Below, piece by piece: positions 10,782 through 24,200 of a DNA stretch of 64,000 bases (its first letter is position 1; the number at the start of each line of letters is the position of its first letter). Origin of the DNA: Macrostomum lignano (Eukaryota); NCBI GenBank assembly GCA_002269645.1, contig NIVC01003590.1, positions 25,281 through 89,280 on the forward strand, written 5' to 3'. The notes under the pieces were generated by a model that made no database searches, was not told where the DNA came from, and saw only the letters and a program-made list of their open reading frames with translations. The translations under genes and the position numbers were made by a program.

Positions 10782-13700
10782 ATGCTGCAGTCAGCGGACA
10801 GACCGGCGGCCGACGGCAGCGCCACGGCGATTGTTCCGCTGCCCGATGAGCTGCCGCTTGAGCTACAGAGTCATTCGGGTGAGCCGCAGATCGTGGTCAA
10901 GATGGCCTCTGGCAGGTCCGGCGTCGCCCATCTGCAGCAGCCGCCGCGCACTGCCCGCCTGTGCTGGCAGCCCTGCAGCAGGCTGTGCGGCATCCAGCAG
11001 TTCTGGTTCGTTCAAGACGCCTGCGGCATAACCTGCGCCGCCTTCACCTGGCTGCTGCTGCTGTTCGCGGAGGCCGTACTGCTGTTCGTTGTGCTCATCC
11101 CCGCGCCATCTCTGGCCTTCAAAATTGTCGGCGCCATCGTGTACCACTGCCTGGCCTTCATGGCCGGCTGCTCGCATGTCCGAGCTGTGCTCACCGACCC
11201 TGTGAGACTCCTCATCCTTGCTGTAGTCTTCTGGCCATAAGTTTGAGATCTCAAAAATCTCCAGTTTGAGAGTGATATCTCAAAATCTACTCTGGTTTGA
11301 GTGATACCTCACAGTCTACTCCAGTTTGAGTGTGATATCTCACAGTCTACTCCAGTTTGAGTGATATCTCACAGTCTACTCCAGTTTGAGTGATATCTCA
11401 CAGTCTACTCCAGTTTGAGTGTGATATCTCACAGTCTACTCCAGTTTGAGTTTAAGATCTCACAATCTACTCCAGTTTGAGTTTGAGATCTCACAGTATA
11501 CTCCAGTTTGAGTGTGATATCTCACAGTCTACTCCAGTTTGAGTTTAAGATCTCACAATCTACTCCAGTTTGAGTGTGATATCTCACAGTCTACTCCAGT
11601 TTGAGTTTGAGATCTCACAATCTACTCCAGTTTGAGTGTCAGATCTCACGATCTTCTCCAGTTTGAGTGTGAGATATCAATTCCCTCCCAGCAACCGGAG
11701 CCCCGCCCCGCACCCAACCCGCATGCCCAGGGCACGGTGCCCCTCAACAACGACACTAAGGAGAATCTGCTGCGTCTGGCACCGGCAGCGGGCGACGGCC
11801 AGCAGGAGCGGGTGGTGTACCGGTGCCCCCGCTGCAGCTGCATCAAGCCGGAGCGCGCCCACCACTGCAGCATCTGCCGGCGCTGCGTCCGCCGCATGGA
11901 CCACCACTGCCCTTGGGTGAACAACTGCGTTGGCGAGGGCAATCAGAAATTCTTCATTCTATTCACCGTGAGTCAGCATGCAATATCATCTCACGGATGT
12001 TTGGTAGCAGCTGGACAGGAAAATTAGGTCCCACATTACCACCTATTACAATAGTAGCTTCAGTCAAGGACTACGTAGATACGAGTAACATCTGAACTGA
12101 AAACTCGGTTTTCATCAAATTTTCGTTTCAATCAAGGACTCCTGTAGAGTGATATCGGGACTAGGGTAAATTAAAGCCACTTTTTTAGTATTTTGGATGA
12201 ACCATAGACCTGGAAACTATCCATGGACTCTTGCATGTATCAGACATCTGGACTGGAAGAAATTTTGTTGCTTTCATTTTCCAGGGCTACATCGCGTTGA
12301 CCAGCTTCTTTGCAATCTACCTGTGCATTCACGAGTTCATCATCTGCATTGGCACCGAGTGGCAGGGTGAATAGATGCATATAGTGCTACTGACAGTAGC
12401 TCAGACACCCGACCTAATTAATGAGCTTTCCCATCCGCAGCCTGCCAGAACGGGCCGCAGCCCCCTGTGAGCACCCTGCTGCTGTTTGCTCTGGTCATCA
12501 CCGGCCTCGTGTTCGGGCTGTTCACTGTGGTCATGGCCTGCTCACAGCTCGTGTCCATTGTGTCCGACACTACGGTGAGGCATTGAGGCTGGGAACCTGA
12601 CCCCTTGAAACCGAGACAGTGACAAGAATCGCTAAACAGTCATTGCAAACAGCTCTAGGGACTCTAGAAACTGTGGGGCGACTGTTGAGTCACCAGCGTC
12701 ACGTGAGTTGCAGAATCGTAAAAGAGTGGCGAAAGAGTCTTCCAAGAATCCTTGTGTTGGCGCTCAACTGTCGTCGTCGTTTGAGTCGTCTAGAGTCACT
12801 TCTTTCCTCTTTTACCTGTGTTACCTGCAATGAGTCTGAGACGCTTCTTGCCCTGGGTACCGTTTTCACCGGGTGAGGGTGGGGACACAGTGAGAACCGC
12901 TGTAGGACCAGCAGCTGCAGACAGTGAGGACCCGCTGTAGGACCAGCAGTTGCAGACAGTGAGGACCCGCTGTAGGACCAGCAGTTGCAGACAGTGAGGA
13001 CCCGCTGTAGGACCAGCAGCTGCAGACAGTGAGGACCCGCTGTAGGACCAGCAGTTGCAGACAGTGAGGACCCGCTGTAGGACCAGCAGTTGCAGACAGT
13101 GAGGACCCGCTGTAGGACCAGCAGCTGCAGACAGTGAGGACCCGCTGTAGGACCAGCAGTTGCAGACAGTGAGGACCCGCTGTAGGACCAGCAGCTGCAG
13201 ACAGTGAGGACCCGCTGTAGGACCAGCAGTTGCAGACAGTGAGGACCCGCTGTAGGACCAGCAGTTGCAGACAGTGAGGACCCGCTGTAGGACCAGCAGC
13301 TGCAGACACTGAGGACCCGCTGTAGGACCAGCAGTTGCAGACAGTGAGGACCCGCTGTAGGACCAGCAGCTGCAGACACTGAGGACCCGCTGTAGGACCA
13401 GCAGTTGCAAACACTGAGGACCCGCTGTAGGACCAGCAGCTGCAGACAGTGAGGACCCGCTGTAGGACCAGCAGCTGCAGACACTGAGGACCCGCTGTAG
13501 GACCAGCAGTTGCAGACACTGAGGACCCGCTGTAGGACCAGCAGTTGCAGACAGTGAGGACCCGCTGTAGGACCAGCAGCTGCAGACACTGAGGACCCGC
13601 TGTAGGACCAGCAGCTGCAGACACTGAGAACCCGCTGTAGGACCAGCAGCTGCAGACACTGAGGACCCGCTGTAGGACCAGCAGTTGCAGACAGTGAGGA

Positions 13701-14691
13701 CCCGCTGTAGGACCAGCAGCTGCAGACACTGAGGACCCGCTGTAGGACCAGCAGCTGCAGACACTGAGGACCCGCTGTAGGACCAGCAGCTGCAGACAGT
13801 GAGGACCCGCTGTAGGACCAGCAGCTGCAGACACTGAGGACCCGCTGTAGGACCAGCAGTTGCAGACAGTGAGAACCCGCTGTAGGACCAGCAGCTGCAG
13901 ACACTGAGGACCCGCTGTAGGACCAGCAGCTGCAGACACTGAGGACCCGCTGTAGGACCAGCAGTTGCAGACAGTGAGGACCCGCTGTAGGACCAGCAGC
14001 TGCAGACACTGAGGACCCGCTGTAGGACCAGCAGCTGCAGACAGTGAGGACCCGCTGTAGGACCAGCAGTTGCAGACAGTGAGGACCGCTGTAGGACCAG
14101 CTGCTGCAGACACTGAGGACCCGCTGTAGCACCAGCAGTTGCAGACAGTGAGGACCCACTGTAGGACCAGCAGCTGCAGACAGTGAGGACCCGCTGTAGG
14201 ACCAGCAGTTGCAGACAGTGAGGACCGCTGTAGGACCAGCAGCTGCAGACAGTGAGGACCCGCTGTAGGACCAGCTGCTGCAGACACTGAGGACCCGCTG
14301 TAGGACCAGCAGTTGCAGACTGAGGACCGCTGTAGGACCAGCAGCTGCAGACCCGCTGGATGACCAGCAGACACTCATCCATGGCCCCATCAGCTTAGTT
14401 ATATATTGTGCAGGGGGTTCTTCAGGAGTCCCAAACTAATGCGGAATCGAACCACCCACCACCGCACCGCAGGGCATCGAGCAGATCAAAGGCGAGCGCC
14501 GAGGCGACGCAGAGGCTGGCGGAGGCGGCGGGTCGCGGCTGTCAGGACTGCAGCGGGTGTTCGGCAGCCCGCCGTCCTGGCGCTGGTTGAGTCCCTTCCA
14601 CTCGCCTAAGCCCCCAGCCGAGCAGCAGCAGCAGCAGCAGCTGACCTCCCAGCCGGCCGCGGTGAACAATTTTGACAATGACAATGTCTGA
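10782..14691 (+). CDS. ZDHHC3: DHHC palmitoyltransferase, ZDHHC3/7-like, 5 coding exons (10782-11201, 11731-11967, 12285-12366, 12441-12574, 14473-14691)
   Basis: Intact CRD ([42 protein letters not shown]), TDP|GTVP and DTT|GIEQIK across phase-consistent GT-AG junctions, four TM segments, AATAAA near 14774. Confidence 0.92.
11240..11670. repeat. ~30-bp intronic minisatellite (CTCACAGTCTACTCCAGTTTGAGTGTGATAT)
   Basis: Fills most of ZDHHC intron 1. Confidence 0.9.
12895..14360. repeat. 35-bp intronic minisatellite (GAGGACCCGCTGTAGGACCAGCAG(C/T)TGCAGACA(G/C)T), ~41 copies
   Basis: Fills ZDHHC intron 4; explains the three 500-aa minus-strand ORFs. Confidence 0.95.
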
Positions 14692-15235
14692 GCAGTCACA
14701 ATATTTTGTCTAAAGATCGATATTTTTGCCCGTCTGCCAAATCGATAGTTTATTATTCATAATAATAATACATAATAAATAGTAATGTAGTTGTCTTGTT
14801 AAATTTGTGTATTTATTTGTGAACAGTTTTTCATATATGATATTGTTATTGCATGTATTAATCTCCTGTTCTCAGCGCCGTATTATATATTTATTATTTA
14901 TTATTTACCTGTGTTCCTCGGACCAGAAAATCGTTAAAACAAAACACAAAAATCGTGTCAATAAACAGAGATTTACGCTTTCAAAATTTTGTCAATAACA
15001 ATGAAAAATATTCAATTTTATAGCTTTTGAACTGGCTAGCAGATTAGATATTTACCCGACTATGAAATTCGAGTTCCTTTATTTTTGGCAATCAGTTTGC
15101 AATGCATGAATTTGGGAATTAAAAATCAATTTAAATCAATTAAATCTGGCGTCTTGATTTACTGATTACTTGAATCGGCGCCCGGTCAGTAGTGCATATC
15201 GAGTATGTACATCATTATTTATTATCTTGCCGCGC

Positions 15236-18200
15236 CTACGTGCTGAAGCTGGGATTCTCCAGGCCGGTGTCCAGCTGGATCTGCACCCGCGGGGCGCTGC
15301 TGCTCTCCAGGTTCACCGCGTCTGTGGACTTCGACCAGTTGGCGTTGGTGAAGCCGCTCTCGGCGCCGTCTACGGACTTCGGCCCGGTACGCCTCCGGTA
15401 GATGATCACCGCCGCCACCACGCCTGCGAGCAGCAGGAGGAAGGCCAGCACCGCAATGGCCACCAGCACGTCGTTCCTCAGGTCTGGCGAGTGGGTGGCA
15501 GTGACGTTTTGAATTCAATTCAATGGGCACAGTGGGGTAGAAATGGATAGGAAGAGTGGGGTAGGAATGGATAGGCAGAGTGGGGTAGGAATGGATAGGC
15601 AGAGTGGGGTAGAAATGGGTAGGCAGAGTGGAGTAGGAATGGATAGGCAGAGTGGGGTAGAAATGGGTAGGCAGAGTGGGGTAGGAATGGATTGGCACAG
15701 TGGGATAGGAATGGATTGGCACAGTGGGGTAGGAATGGATAGGCAGAGTGGGATAGGAATGGATTGGCGCAGTGGGATAGGAATGAATAAGCAGAGTGGG
15801 ATAGGAATGGATTGGCACAGTGGGGTAGGAATGGATAGGCAGAGTGGGGTAGGAATGGATAAGGAAGGCGGCGCAGAGGGATGGAGACGGCAACTATCAA
15901 GAAGAAGCCTGCGCTTCACAAACCAGCAATGATGCGACCGCTTTCGACTCCTGGCTTCGTGGTGGACGCCGGCGCCGTGGTGCGGGTGGAGGTGGTGCTC
16001 CGAGTTGGCTGCGCCGTGTGCGGCGGCGCCCGAGTCGTGGTGGTGGAGATCCCGTGCGGGGAGTCGTGGTGGAGCCCACGGTGGCGGGCAGCTTGGGCAT
16101 CTTGCAGATGTAGGAGTTCCTCTTGTTGCAATAGTGATCATTCCACTTCAGGTTTAGGTGGTACATCTCCACACAGTTCTCGTTGGGCGTGTTTGACGGC
16201 TCGCCGCCGTTCCAGTACGTGTAGCCCACCGGGCTGTTGTCCGTCCACTCGAAGCTGCTGTCCCGGCCGCGCAGCAGGCCGATCCAGTAGTCCCTGCGGG
16301 TACTTTCATCCTGAGCCTTGCTGCGCACGAGCCTGGCAACGAAGTCCTGCTCGCCCTGGCTCAGGATGCTCACCAGGCTGCTGCGGTACCGCTTGCTGCA
16401 CTCGTACATCGCCTCGGAGGCCTGCTTGGACTCGGTGCTGTTGCCCACGTAGTAGCAGCTGCTGCCGAATGGCGAGAACTCGTCCGGGCACACGCCCGGC
16501 AGCTGGGGCACCGTGGTCGGCACCGGGCCGAGGCTCTGCCTGCAGACAAAGTTCAGCCTGTCGTCGCAGTCGCCGGCGAACCAGCTGCCAGTGTAGTCCA
16601 TGAACACGCAGCTCTTCTTGCCGCCGCCGTCCGGCTGGCCGCGGCCCCAGTTCGCGAACGTCAGCGGCCACTTGTCGCTCCAGGCGAACTGGCCGCTGCC
16701 CAGCTCGTCGGCCAGGCCGATCCAAGTCGACTCCCGGCCGATCGACTCGGTTTTGAAGTGCACGAAGTTCTGCTCCCACAGGTCGTGGATTGAGGCCAGC
16801 TGGCCGCCCATGGAGCTGCAGGTGGCCACGGCGCCGGTCCAGGTGGCCGGGGTGGTGACGAACTGGAAGCAGGCTTGCTCGTAGGCGTGCCAGCCGGGCC
16901 TGCAGGCGACCATGGTCGGCGGCACCCAGTCGGTGACGAGCTCCGGGTGCTTGTAGGTCATGCAGACGTAGCCGGTCTTCTTGGTGCACCGCTGGTCGTT
17001 CCACTTGCCTGCTCGGTACTTTTCTGTGTACATCTCCACGCATTGCTCCTGCACATGGTTTTAGGCAGAGTTAAGCAAAGCTGGTCGCGGTTAGTTACCC
17101 CTAAAACAACCTATTTAGGCTGAGCTATAAGTTCACCACGCTGGGCTTCGGTAGAAATGCAGGGTGGGAACTGCGACCCTGACAGTCTCAACGTGTCTCA
17201 AATAATTGCTAAAGTACAATTAGCACTTGTATTGACAGAAGGGGTTGCAGCCTAATAGTTAGGGCAGGGGGTCGGCAAACTCGGGCCCGCGGGCCGGCCT
17301 CGGGATCCATGAAGCTTCACAATAGCAATCTGGCCCGCTCAAGGTTTGTCTCTTCTTAGCTCTCCTCTTTCATCTTCCCTCTCACCTCTCTCCCCACGCC
17401 TCCCCTTCTCTTATCTCTCATCTCCACTCTCCTCTCTTATCTCCCTCTCTCTCCACTATTCTTCCCTTTTCTCCTTTATTCCCTCTCTCCTCTCCTCTCC
17501 TCGCTCTGGCCCGCAGGGTCAGAGCGTCCGACTCAGGACTGAAAATTCGGGGGTTCGATTCTCGATCCACTAGGAACAACTTGCGTCCTTGAGCAAGACA
17601 CCTTACTCTGCATTGCTTCAGTTCACCCAGCTGTAAAATGGGTGCCAGCATTAGCTGGGGTAATTAAGGGTGTGTGTGGTGACCCCCTTCCCTCAGTCCT
17701 TGGAGCTGTCGATTGCAAGATCTTAGTTTAACTAAAACTTGTTATTATTGAAAGACTAGCGAGGCGCACCCAAACGCTGCTGGGCTCCGCGTGATCCCAG
17801 TTGGTGTAGGAAACCTCGGAGTTGTCGTGCCAGAGGTACAGGTTCTGGAAGCTCCTGGTGTACAGTCCGATCCACAGCGCCTGGTCGGTCTTGGTTTTCA
17901 TTGCAGCCAGGGCAGCTGCGGGTTGGGAAAGTTTGGCAGGAGTTGCTCACAGGCCTCACAGACCTGACTGAAGCCATCTGCAATGAGTCTCACCCTGCTC
18001 ATACTCGCTGGAGATGGACGCCAGGTAGCTTCTCGTTCCCGTGTCCACCTTCTCGCACTTCTCTCGGGCCTCAGCCCAGGTGGACGCGTCGTCCTCGTTG
18101 AAGCGGAAGCACTTGTTGCCGACGGTGTAGAAGCCCTTGGGACACCGGCCCGGCATGGGGGTCGCCGGCGGCAGCGTCCTGCTGGTGTCGTTGGACCGCT

Positions 18201-21200
18201 TGCAGATGTAGCGCAGGACGATGCCGCACTGGTCGTCGTTCCAGAGGCCCGAGTTGGAGATGATGGAGCCGCAGTGCTCAGCGCCGCCCCAGTTGTTGGG
18301 CTCGCCGTCATTCCAGTGCAGCAGGTTCACCCCGCTGCCGTCGCTCCAGCGGTAGCCCTCGTTCTGGCCGAGCTCGTTCAGGCCGATCCAGTAGGCCGCG
18401 CTGGTGATGTGCAGCTTGCTGATCAGGCCCGTCAGGAAGTCGTTCTCCTCGAAGCTGTGGATGCTTACCAGGTCGCCTCCGTGCTCCCGGCAGGTCTTCA
18501 AGCTCTGGTGCCAGGTGAGCAGCTGGGACGAGATCAGGTAGCACGACTCGTTGAAGTACTTCCAGCCGTCTCCACAGTCCGGCGCGTCCGGAGGCGTTGT
18601 GGGCTCCGGAGTGGTGCCGTTGGGATAAATTCCTTTTGGCGTCTCGCACAGCCAGTTGGTGGCCACGCTGCAGCCCTGGAGCGTCCACTTCAAGTCGTTG
18701 GGGTTGATCACCGCGCAGTTCTGGTTGTTGCCGATGTTCTCCGGCTCCTCGCCGCCGCGCCAGTTGAAGTAGGAGACCGCCTTGCCGTCCGCCCAGACGA
18801 AGCCCTGGTTGGAGTCGCGCCTGTTCAGCCCGATCCAGAAGGCGTAGAAGCCGCGCACCGTCTCGCGCAGCTTGGCGTTGGCCTCCTCGCTATTGATGGA
18901 GGCGAGGTCGCCGGCCAGCAGTTTGCACTGGGCGCGGGCCTCGGACCAGGACAGCCGGCCGGTGGACGAGCTGGCGCTGAAGGCCTTGTAGCAGGTGTTG
19001 TCGGCCTCCACCCAGCCTGGCGCGCAGTAGCCCGGGTTGTAGGTGGGAGCCAAGGTGGTGCGGCCCGGCTGCCGCGCCTGGCAGATGAAGTTCGTGTAGC
19101 GGGTCTCCTGGGACTGGCTCATCTGCCACTGCCCGGACTCTGCTGACATGGAGGCTCGGTAGCCCTGCAGGGGGACGCCAGGCTTCCAGTAGGTGAACCA
19201 GACCCGCCGGCCGTCGTCCCAGCGGAAGGTGTTGCCGGACCGGGTCAGGCCGATCCAGAAGTCGGTGCGGGCGCCGGTCTGGCTGATGCGCATGAAGAAG
19301 TGGTCCTGCACCGCCTTGCTGACGATGGTGGCCAGCGTGCCGCCGAGGTCTGCGCAGCGGGACTGCGCCTCCGCCGCGGTCAGCGCCGCGGTCCCGGTCT
19401 CGAACTTCAGGCAGTAGCCATCATGGACATCGTCGTAGTTGTCGCAGCCGTAGGGGCGCGTGATCGGCTCCGTGACCTGCACGGCAATCTGGCGCTGCTT
19501 GCAGATGAATCTGTTCAAGGCTGTGCAGCCCAGGTCGTTCCAGTCTCCGTTCTGGAATGCAAATGATGAAGAAGCGCTGCTGAGAAGGCTCAGATGCAGC
19601 CAAGTGTTGCTCTCGCATGCAGCGACGCAAATTTTCGTATGGAAATGTCAAATCGGTGCCGCTGCCTCCTGACTAAAACTGACCGACCAACTATAGAATG
19701 TCAGCAGCTAACTGATAATGTCAGTGTTTATGTCAGCAGCTAACTGATAATGTCAGTGTTTATGACAGCAGCTAACTGATAATGTCAGTGTTTATGTCAG
19801 CAGCTAACTGATAATGTCAGTGTTTATGTCAGCAGCTAACTGATAATGTCAGTGTTTATGTCAGCAGCTAACTGATAATGTCAGTAGTTATGTCAGCAGC
19901 TAACTGATAATGTCAGTGTTTATGTCAGCAGCTAACTGATAATGTCAGTAGTTATGTCAGCAGCTAACTGATAATGTCAGTGTTTATGTCAGCAGCTAAC
20001 TGATAATGTCAGTGTTTATGTCAGCAGCTAACTGATAATGTCAGTAGTTATGTCAGCAGCTAACTGATAATGTCAGTGTTTATGTCAGCAGCTAACTGAT
20101 AATGTCAGTGTTTATGTCAGCAGCTAACTGACTATGCCAGTGTTTATGTCAGCAGCTAACTGATAATGTCAGTGTTTATGTCAGCAGACTCACCCAGCCA
20201 TCGCGGTTGACGGACTCCACGCAGTCCTCGCCGCTCCGATGGTTGTTCGGCTCGTTGATGTACCAGCTCGTGAAGCGGGGTGACGACCCGTCCGTCCACT
20301 GGAAGAACATCGTGCGCTGCATCGCCACCGTGTCGTACAGGCCGATCCAGAAGCTGACTGCGGGGTTGCGGTGGGACAGTTCGGAATTATGGTTATGGCT
20401 ATAACTGGCGCCACCTGACACCCAAAGCTGAGCCCTACTCACAGTCCCCCTGCTTGCGGGCCAGCTCCAGCAGGAAGGTGTGCTCAGCCGGGCTGTTCAC
20501 CGAAGCCAAGTTGCCGCCCTGCACTCGGCAGGTCTGCTGGGCGACCTCCTGCATCACCTCGTCGTTCTCGGCGCCGAACACTTTGTAGCACATGTTCTCG
20601 AAGCCCGTGTAGCCGCTGCGGCAGCCGCGGTACTGCCCGTTCGGCACCGAGATTGTCGTCGCCGGCCTCGACGTGGTGGTCGGCGCGTTGCCGTACTTCT
20701 TGCAGATCGAGGCGAACCTTTTCTCGCAGAAGGCGTCGTTCCAGTAGGCGGAGTCGGGGTAGATCGACACGCAGTTCTCCTCCGGCGTGTTCGGCTCGCC
20801 CACCGCCCAGTTCAGGAAGATGGCCGGCTCGCCGTCGTCCCAAACCCAGCGGCCCTCCATCGCGCGATCGTTGAATCCCGACCAGAAGCTGACGATGTCG
20901 GGGTTGGCAGCGACCACCTCCTGCATCCTGCTGGCGATGTAGGACTTTTCCTGGAGGCCGGGTGCGTTAGGGTTGCTATGGGTTTGCATGTTGCTGAGTT
21001 CCGGGATGTGGGTGTTGCTATGGGCTTGGATGTCGCTGAGTTCCGGGATGTGGGTGCTGCTATGGGCTTGGATGTTGTTGAGTTTCGGGATGTGGGTGCT
21101 GCTATGGGCTTAGATGTCGCTGAGTTCCGGGATGTGGGTGTTGCTATGGGCTTGGATGTCGCTGAGTTCCGGGATGTGGGTGCTGCTATGGGCTTGGATG

Positions 21201-24200
21201 TCGCTGAGTTCCGGGATGTGGGTGCTGCTATGGGCTTAGATGTCGCTGAGTTCCGGGATGTGGGTATTGCTATGGGTTTGGATGTTGTTGAGTTTCGGGA
21301 TGTGGGTGCTGCTATGGGCTTAGATGTCGCTGAGTTCCGGGATGTGGGTGTTGCTATAGGCTTAGGTGTTGCTGAGTTCCCCCGTGAAAAGTGCTGAAAG
21401 TGCTCAATCTCAGTTCTTCCCAGTTACCGTGGGAGACACGATGCTGAGCAGCTTGCCGCCCTGGTACTCGCACTGGTGCTTGGCGTCCACCCACACCATC
21501 GGCTCGGGGTTGAACAGGTAGCAGTAGTTGGACAGCAGGTCTCTGGTCCAGAACGGGCCGCAGAACGGGTCCCAGTTTAGTGAAGTAGTCGGAGGCAGAG
21601 TCGGCAGGGTGCCTCCAATGTCTGCGGAAATTGGTGGAAAAGCGGCTGCTTTTAATTGGTGCAGCGCTGCAGCTCTCATCAGAGCCTCGTAGCAGCACTA
21701 AATAGGCGAATTCCAAGTGAGTTTTTCTGGACGTCAGTGGGGCATTTTCAGTGAAGTAGTGAAGTTGAAGTCTTTGGATTGGGTCAGTTAGTAGTCCTTG
21801 GAGTGCTTCATTTAGTAATTTTTGGATTGGATTAGTTAGTAGTCCTTGGGTTGGGCCAGTTAGTAGTCCTTGAAGTGGGTCAGTTAGTAGTCCTTGGGTT
21901 GGGCCAGTTAGTAGTCCTTGAAGTGGGTCAGTTAGTAGTCCTTGGAGTGGGTCAGTTAGTAGTCCTTGGAGCGGGCCAGTTAGTAGTCCTTAGAGTGGGT
22001 CAGTTATTAGTCCTTTGAGTGGGTCAGTTATTAGTCCTTGGAGTGGGTCAGTTAGTAGTCCTTGAAGTGGGTCAGTTAGTAGTCCTTGGAGTGGGTCAGT
22101 TAGTAGTCCTTGGAGTGGGTCAGTTAGTAGTCCTTGGAGTGGGTCAGTTAGTAGTCCTTGGAGTGGGTCAGTTAGTAGTCCTTGAAGTGGGTCAGTTAGC
22201 AATCGTTGGGCTGGGTCAGTTAGTAGTCCTTGGAGTGGGTCAGTTAGTAGTCCTTGGAGTGGGTCAGTTAGTAGTCCTTGGAGTGGGTCAGTTAGTAGTC
22301 CTTGGAGTGGGTCAGGTAGCAATCGTTGGAGTGGGTCAGCACGCAGTCCTTGAGCTCGCAGCAGTCACTCACAGGCCTTCTTCTTGCAGATGTAGGGCAG
22401 CCGGTACACGCAGCGGATGTCGTTCCACTTGCCCGACAGGTACATCTCGGCGCAGTTCTCCTCGCCCTCGAGGTTGTTCGGTTCGCCTTCGTTCCAGTTG
22501 TTGTAGTCCATGGGCGTCTCGTCCACCGTCCACATCCATCTCCGGTCCTCGCTAGTCCTGGTGTGCAAACCAATCCAGAAGTCGTGGTCTTGCAGTTGTC
22601 CTTGAATGAACTCCTGCTCGCCGCGAGACCGGATGTCGATGAGGTCGGCCGAGTGGTCGTTGCGGCAGTTGCCGCGGGCGGTCAGCCAGTCCGCGTACTT
22701 GATCTCCAGCTTGTAGCAGCTGGGGCCGTGCAGCATCCAGCCGTCATCGCAGCTGAACCGGGCTGCGGGCGAGGGATGGCATCGATATCATCAATCTCAT
22801 CAGCCTCATCAATCTCATCAGCCTCATCAACCTCATAAACCTCATCAACCCTATCAACCTCATCAACCTCATCAACCTCATCAATCTCATTAAACTCATC
22901 AACCTCATCAACCTCATCAACCTCATCAATCTCATCAACCTCATCAATCTCATCAACCTCATCAATCTCATCAATCTCATCAATCCTATCAACCTCATCA
23001 ACCTCATCAATCTCATCAACCTCATCAACCTCATCAATCCTATCAACCTCATCAACCTCATCAACCTCATCAACCTCATCAATCTCATTAAACTCATCAA
23101 TCTCATCAATCTTATCAACCTCATCAATCTCATCAACTTCATCAATCTCATCAACCTCATCAACCTCATCAACCTCATCAATCTCATCAATCTCATAGAC
23201 TCCGGAAATTTCATTGGATCATGAGAAAGATCATTTAGAAGTAGTAATTAACCATTTGAGGTCACTGGTCACAAGCCAGTCACAATCCAGTCACAAGCCA
23301 GTCACAAGCCAGTCACAATCCATTCACAAGCCAGTCACAATCCAGTCACAAGCCAGTCTCCAGCCAGTCACAAGCCAGTCACGAGCCAGTCACGAGCCAG
23401 TCACAAGCCAGTCACAAGCCAGTCACAAGCCAGTCACAAGCCAGTCACAAGCCAGTCTCCAGCCAGTCTCCAGCCAGTCACAAGCCAGTCACAAGCCAGT
23501 CACAAGCCAGTCACAATCCAGTCACAAGCCAGTCACAAGCCAGTCTCCAGCCAGTCACAAGCCAGTCTCCAGCCAGTCTCCAGCCAGTCTCCAGCCAGTC
23601 ACAAGCCAGTCACAAGCCAGTCACAAGCCAGTCACAAGCCAGTCACAAGCCAGTCACAAGCCAGTCACAAGCCAGTCACAAGCCAGTCACAAGCCAGTCA
23701 CAAGCCAGTCTCCAGCCAGTCACAATCCAGTCACAAGCCAGTCTCCAGCCAGTCACAAGCCAGTCTCCAGCCAGTCACAAGCCAGTCTCCAGCCAGTCAC
23801 AAGCCAGTCACAAGCCAGTCACAAGCCAGTCACAAGCCAGTCACAAGCCAGTCACAAGCCAGTCACAAGCCAGTCACAAGCCAGTCACAAGCCAGTCACA
23901 AGCCAGTCACAATCCAGTCACAATCCAGTCACAAGCCAGTCACAAGCCAGTCTCCAGCCAGTCTCCAGCCAGTCACAAGCCAGTCACAAGCCAGTCACAA
24001 GCCAGTCACAAGCCAGTCACAAGCCAGTCACAAGCCAGTCTCCAGCCAGTCACAAGCCAGTCTCCAGCCAGTCACAAGCCAGTCACATGCTACTCACGCG
24101 GCTCAGGCGTGGGCACCTCCGGCACTTTGCCCAGCGGAATTTCGCACACGAAGCCGCCCATCTCGACCGGGTCGGCCGCCTGCCACTGGCCGGCCTCGCT

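Noticed and set aside
12699-14390. Three 500-560 aa Cys/Trp-containing minus-strand ORFs
   Set aside because: All are readings of a 35-bp minisatellite in ZDHHC intron 4; the unit is not a multiple of 3 and simply lacks stops on that strand
17506-17580. Possible tRNA gene
   Set aside because: Has A/B boxes but no convincing cloverleaf and continues into a SINE core
20415-20442. 28-nt micro-intron in CTLD6
   Set aside because: A downstream acceptor (CCCCGCAG, exon from 20357) gives an 85-nt intron and a cleaner DFSFWIGL sequence
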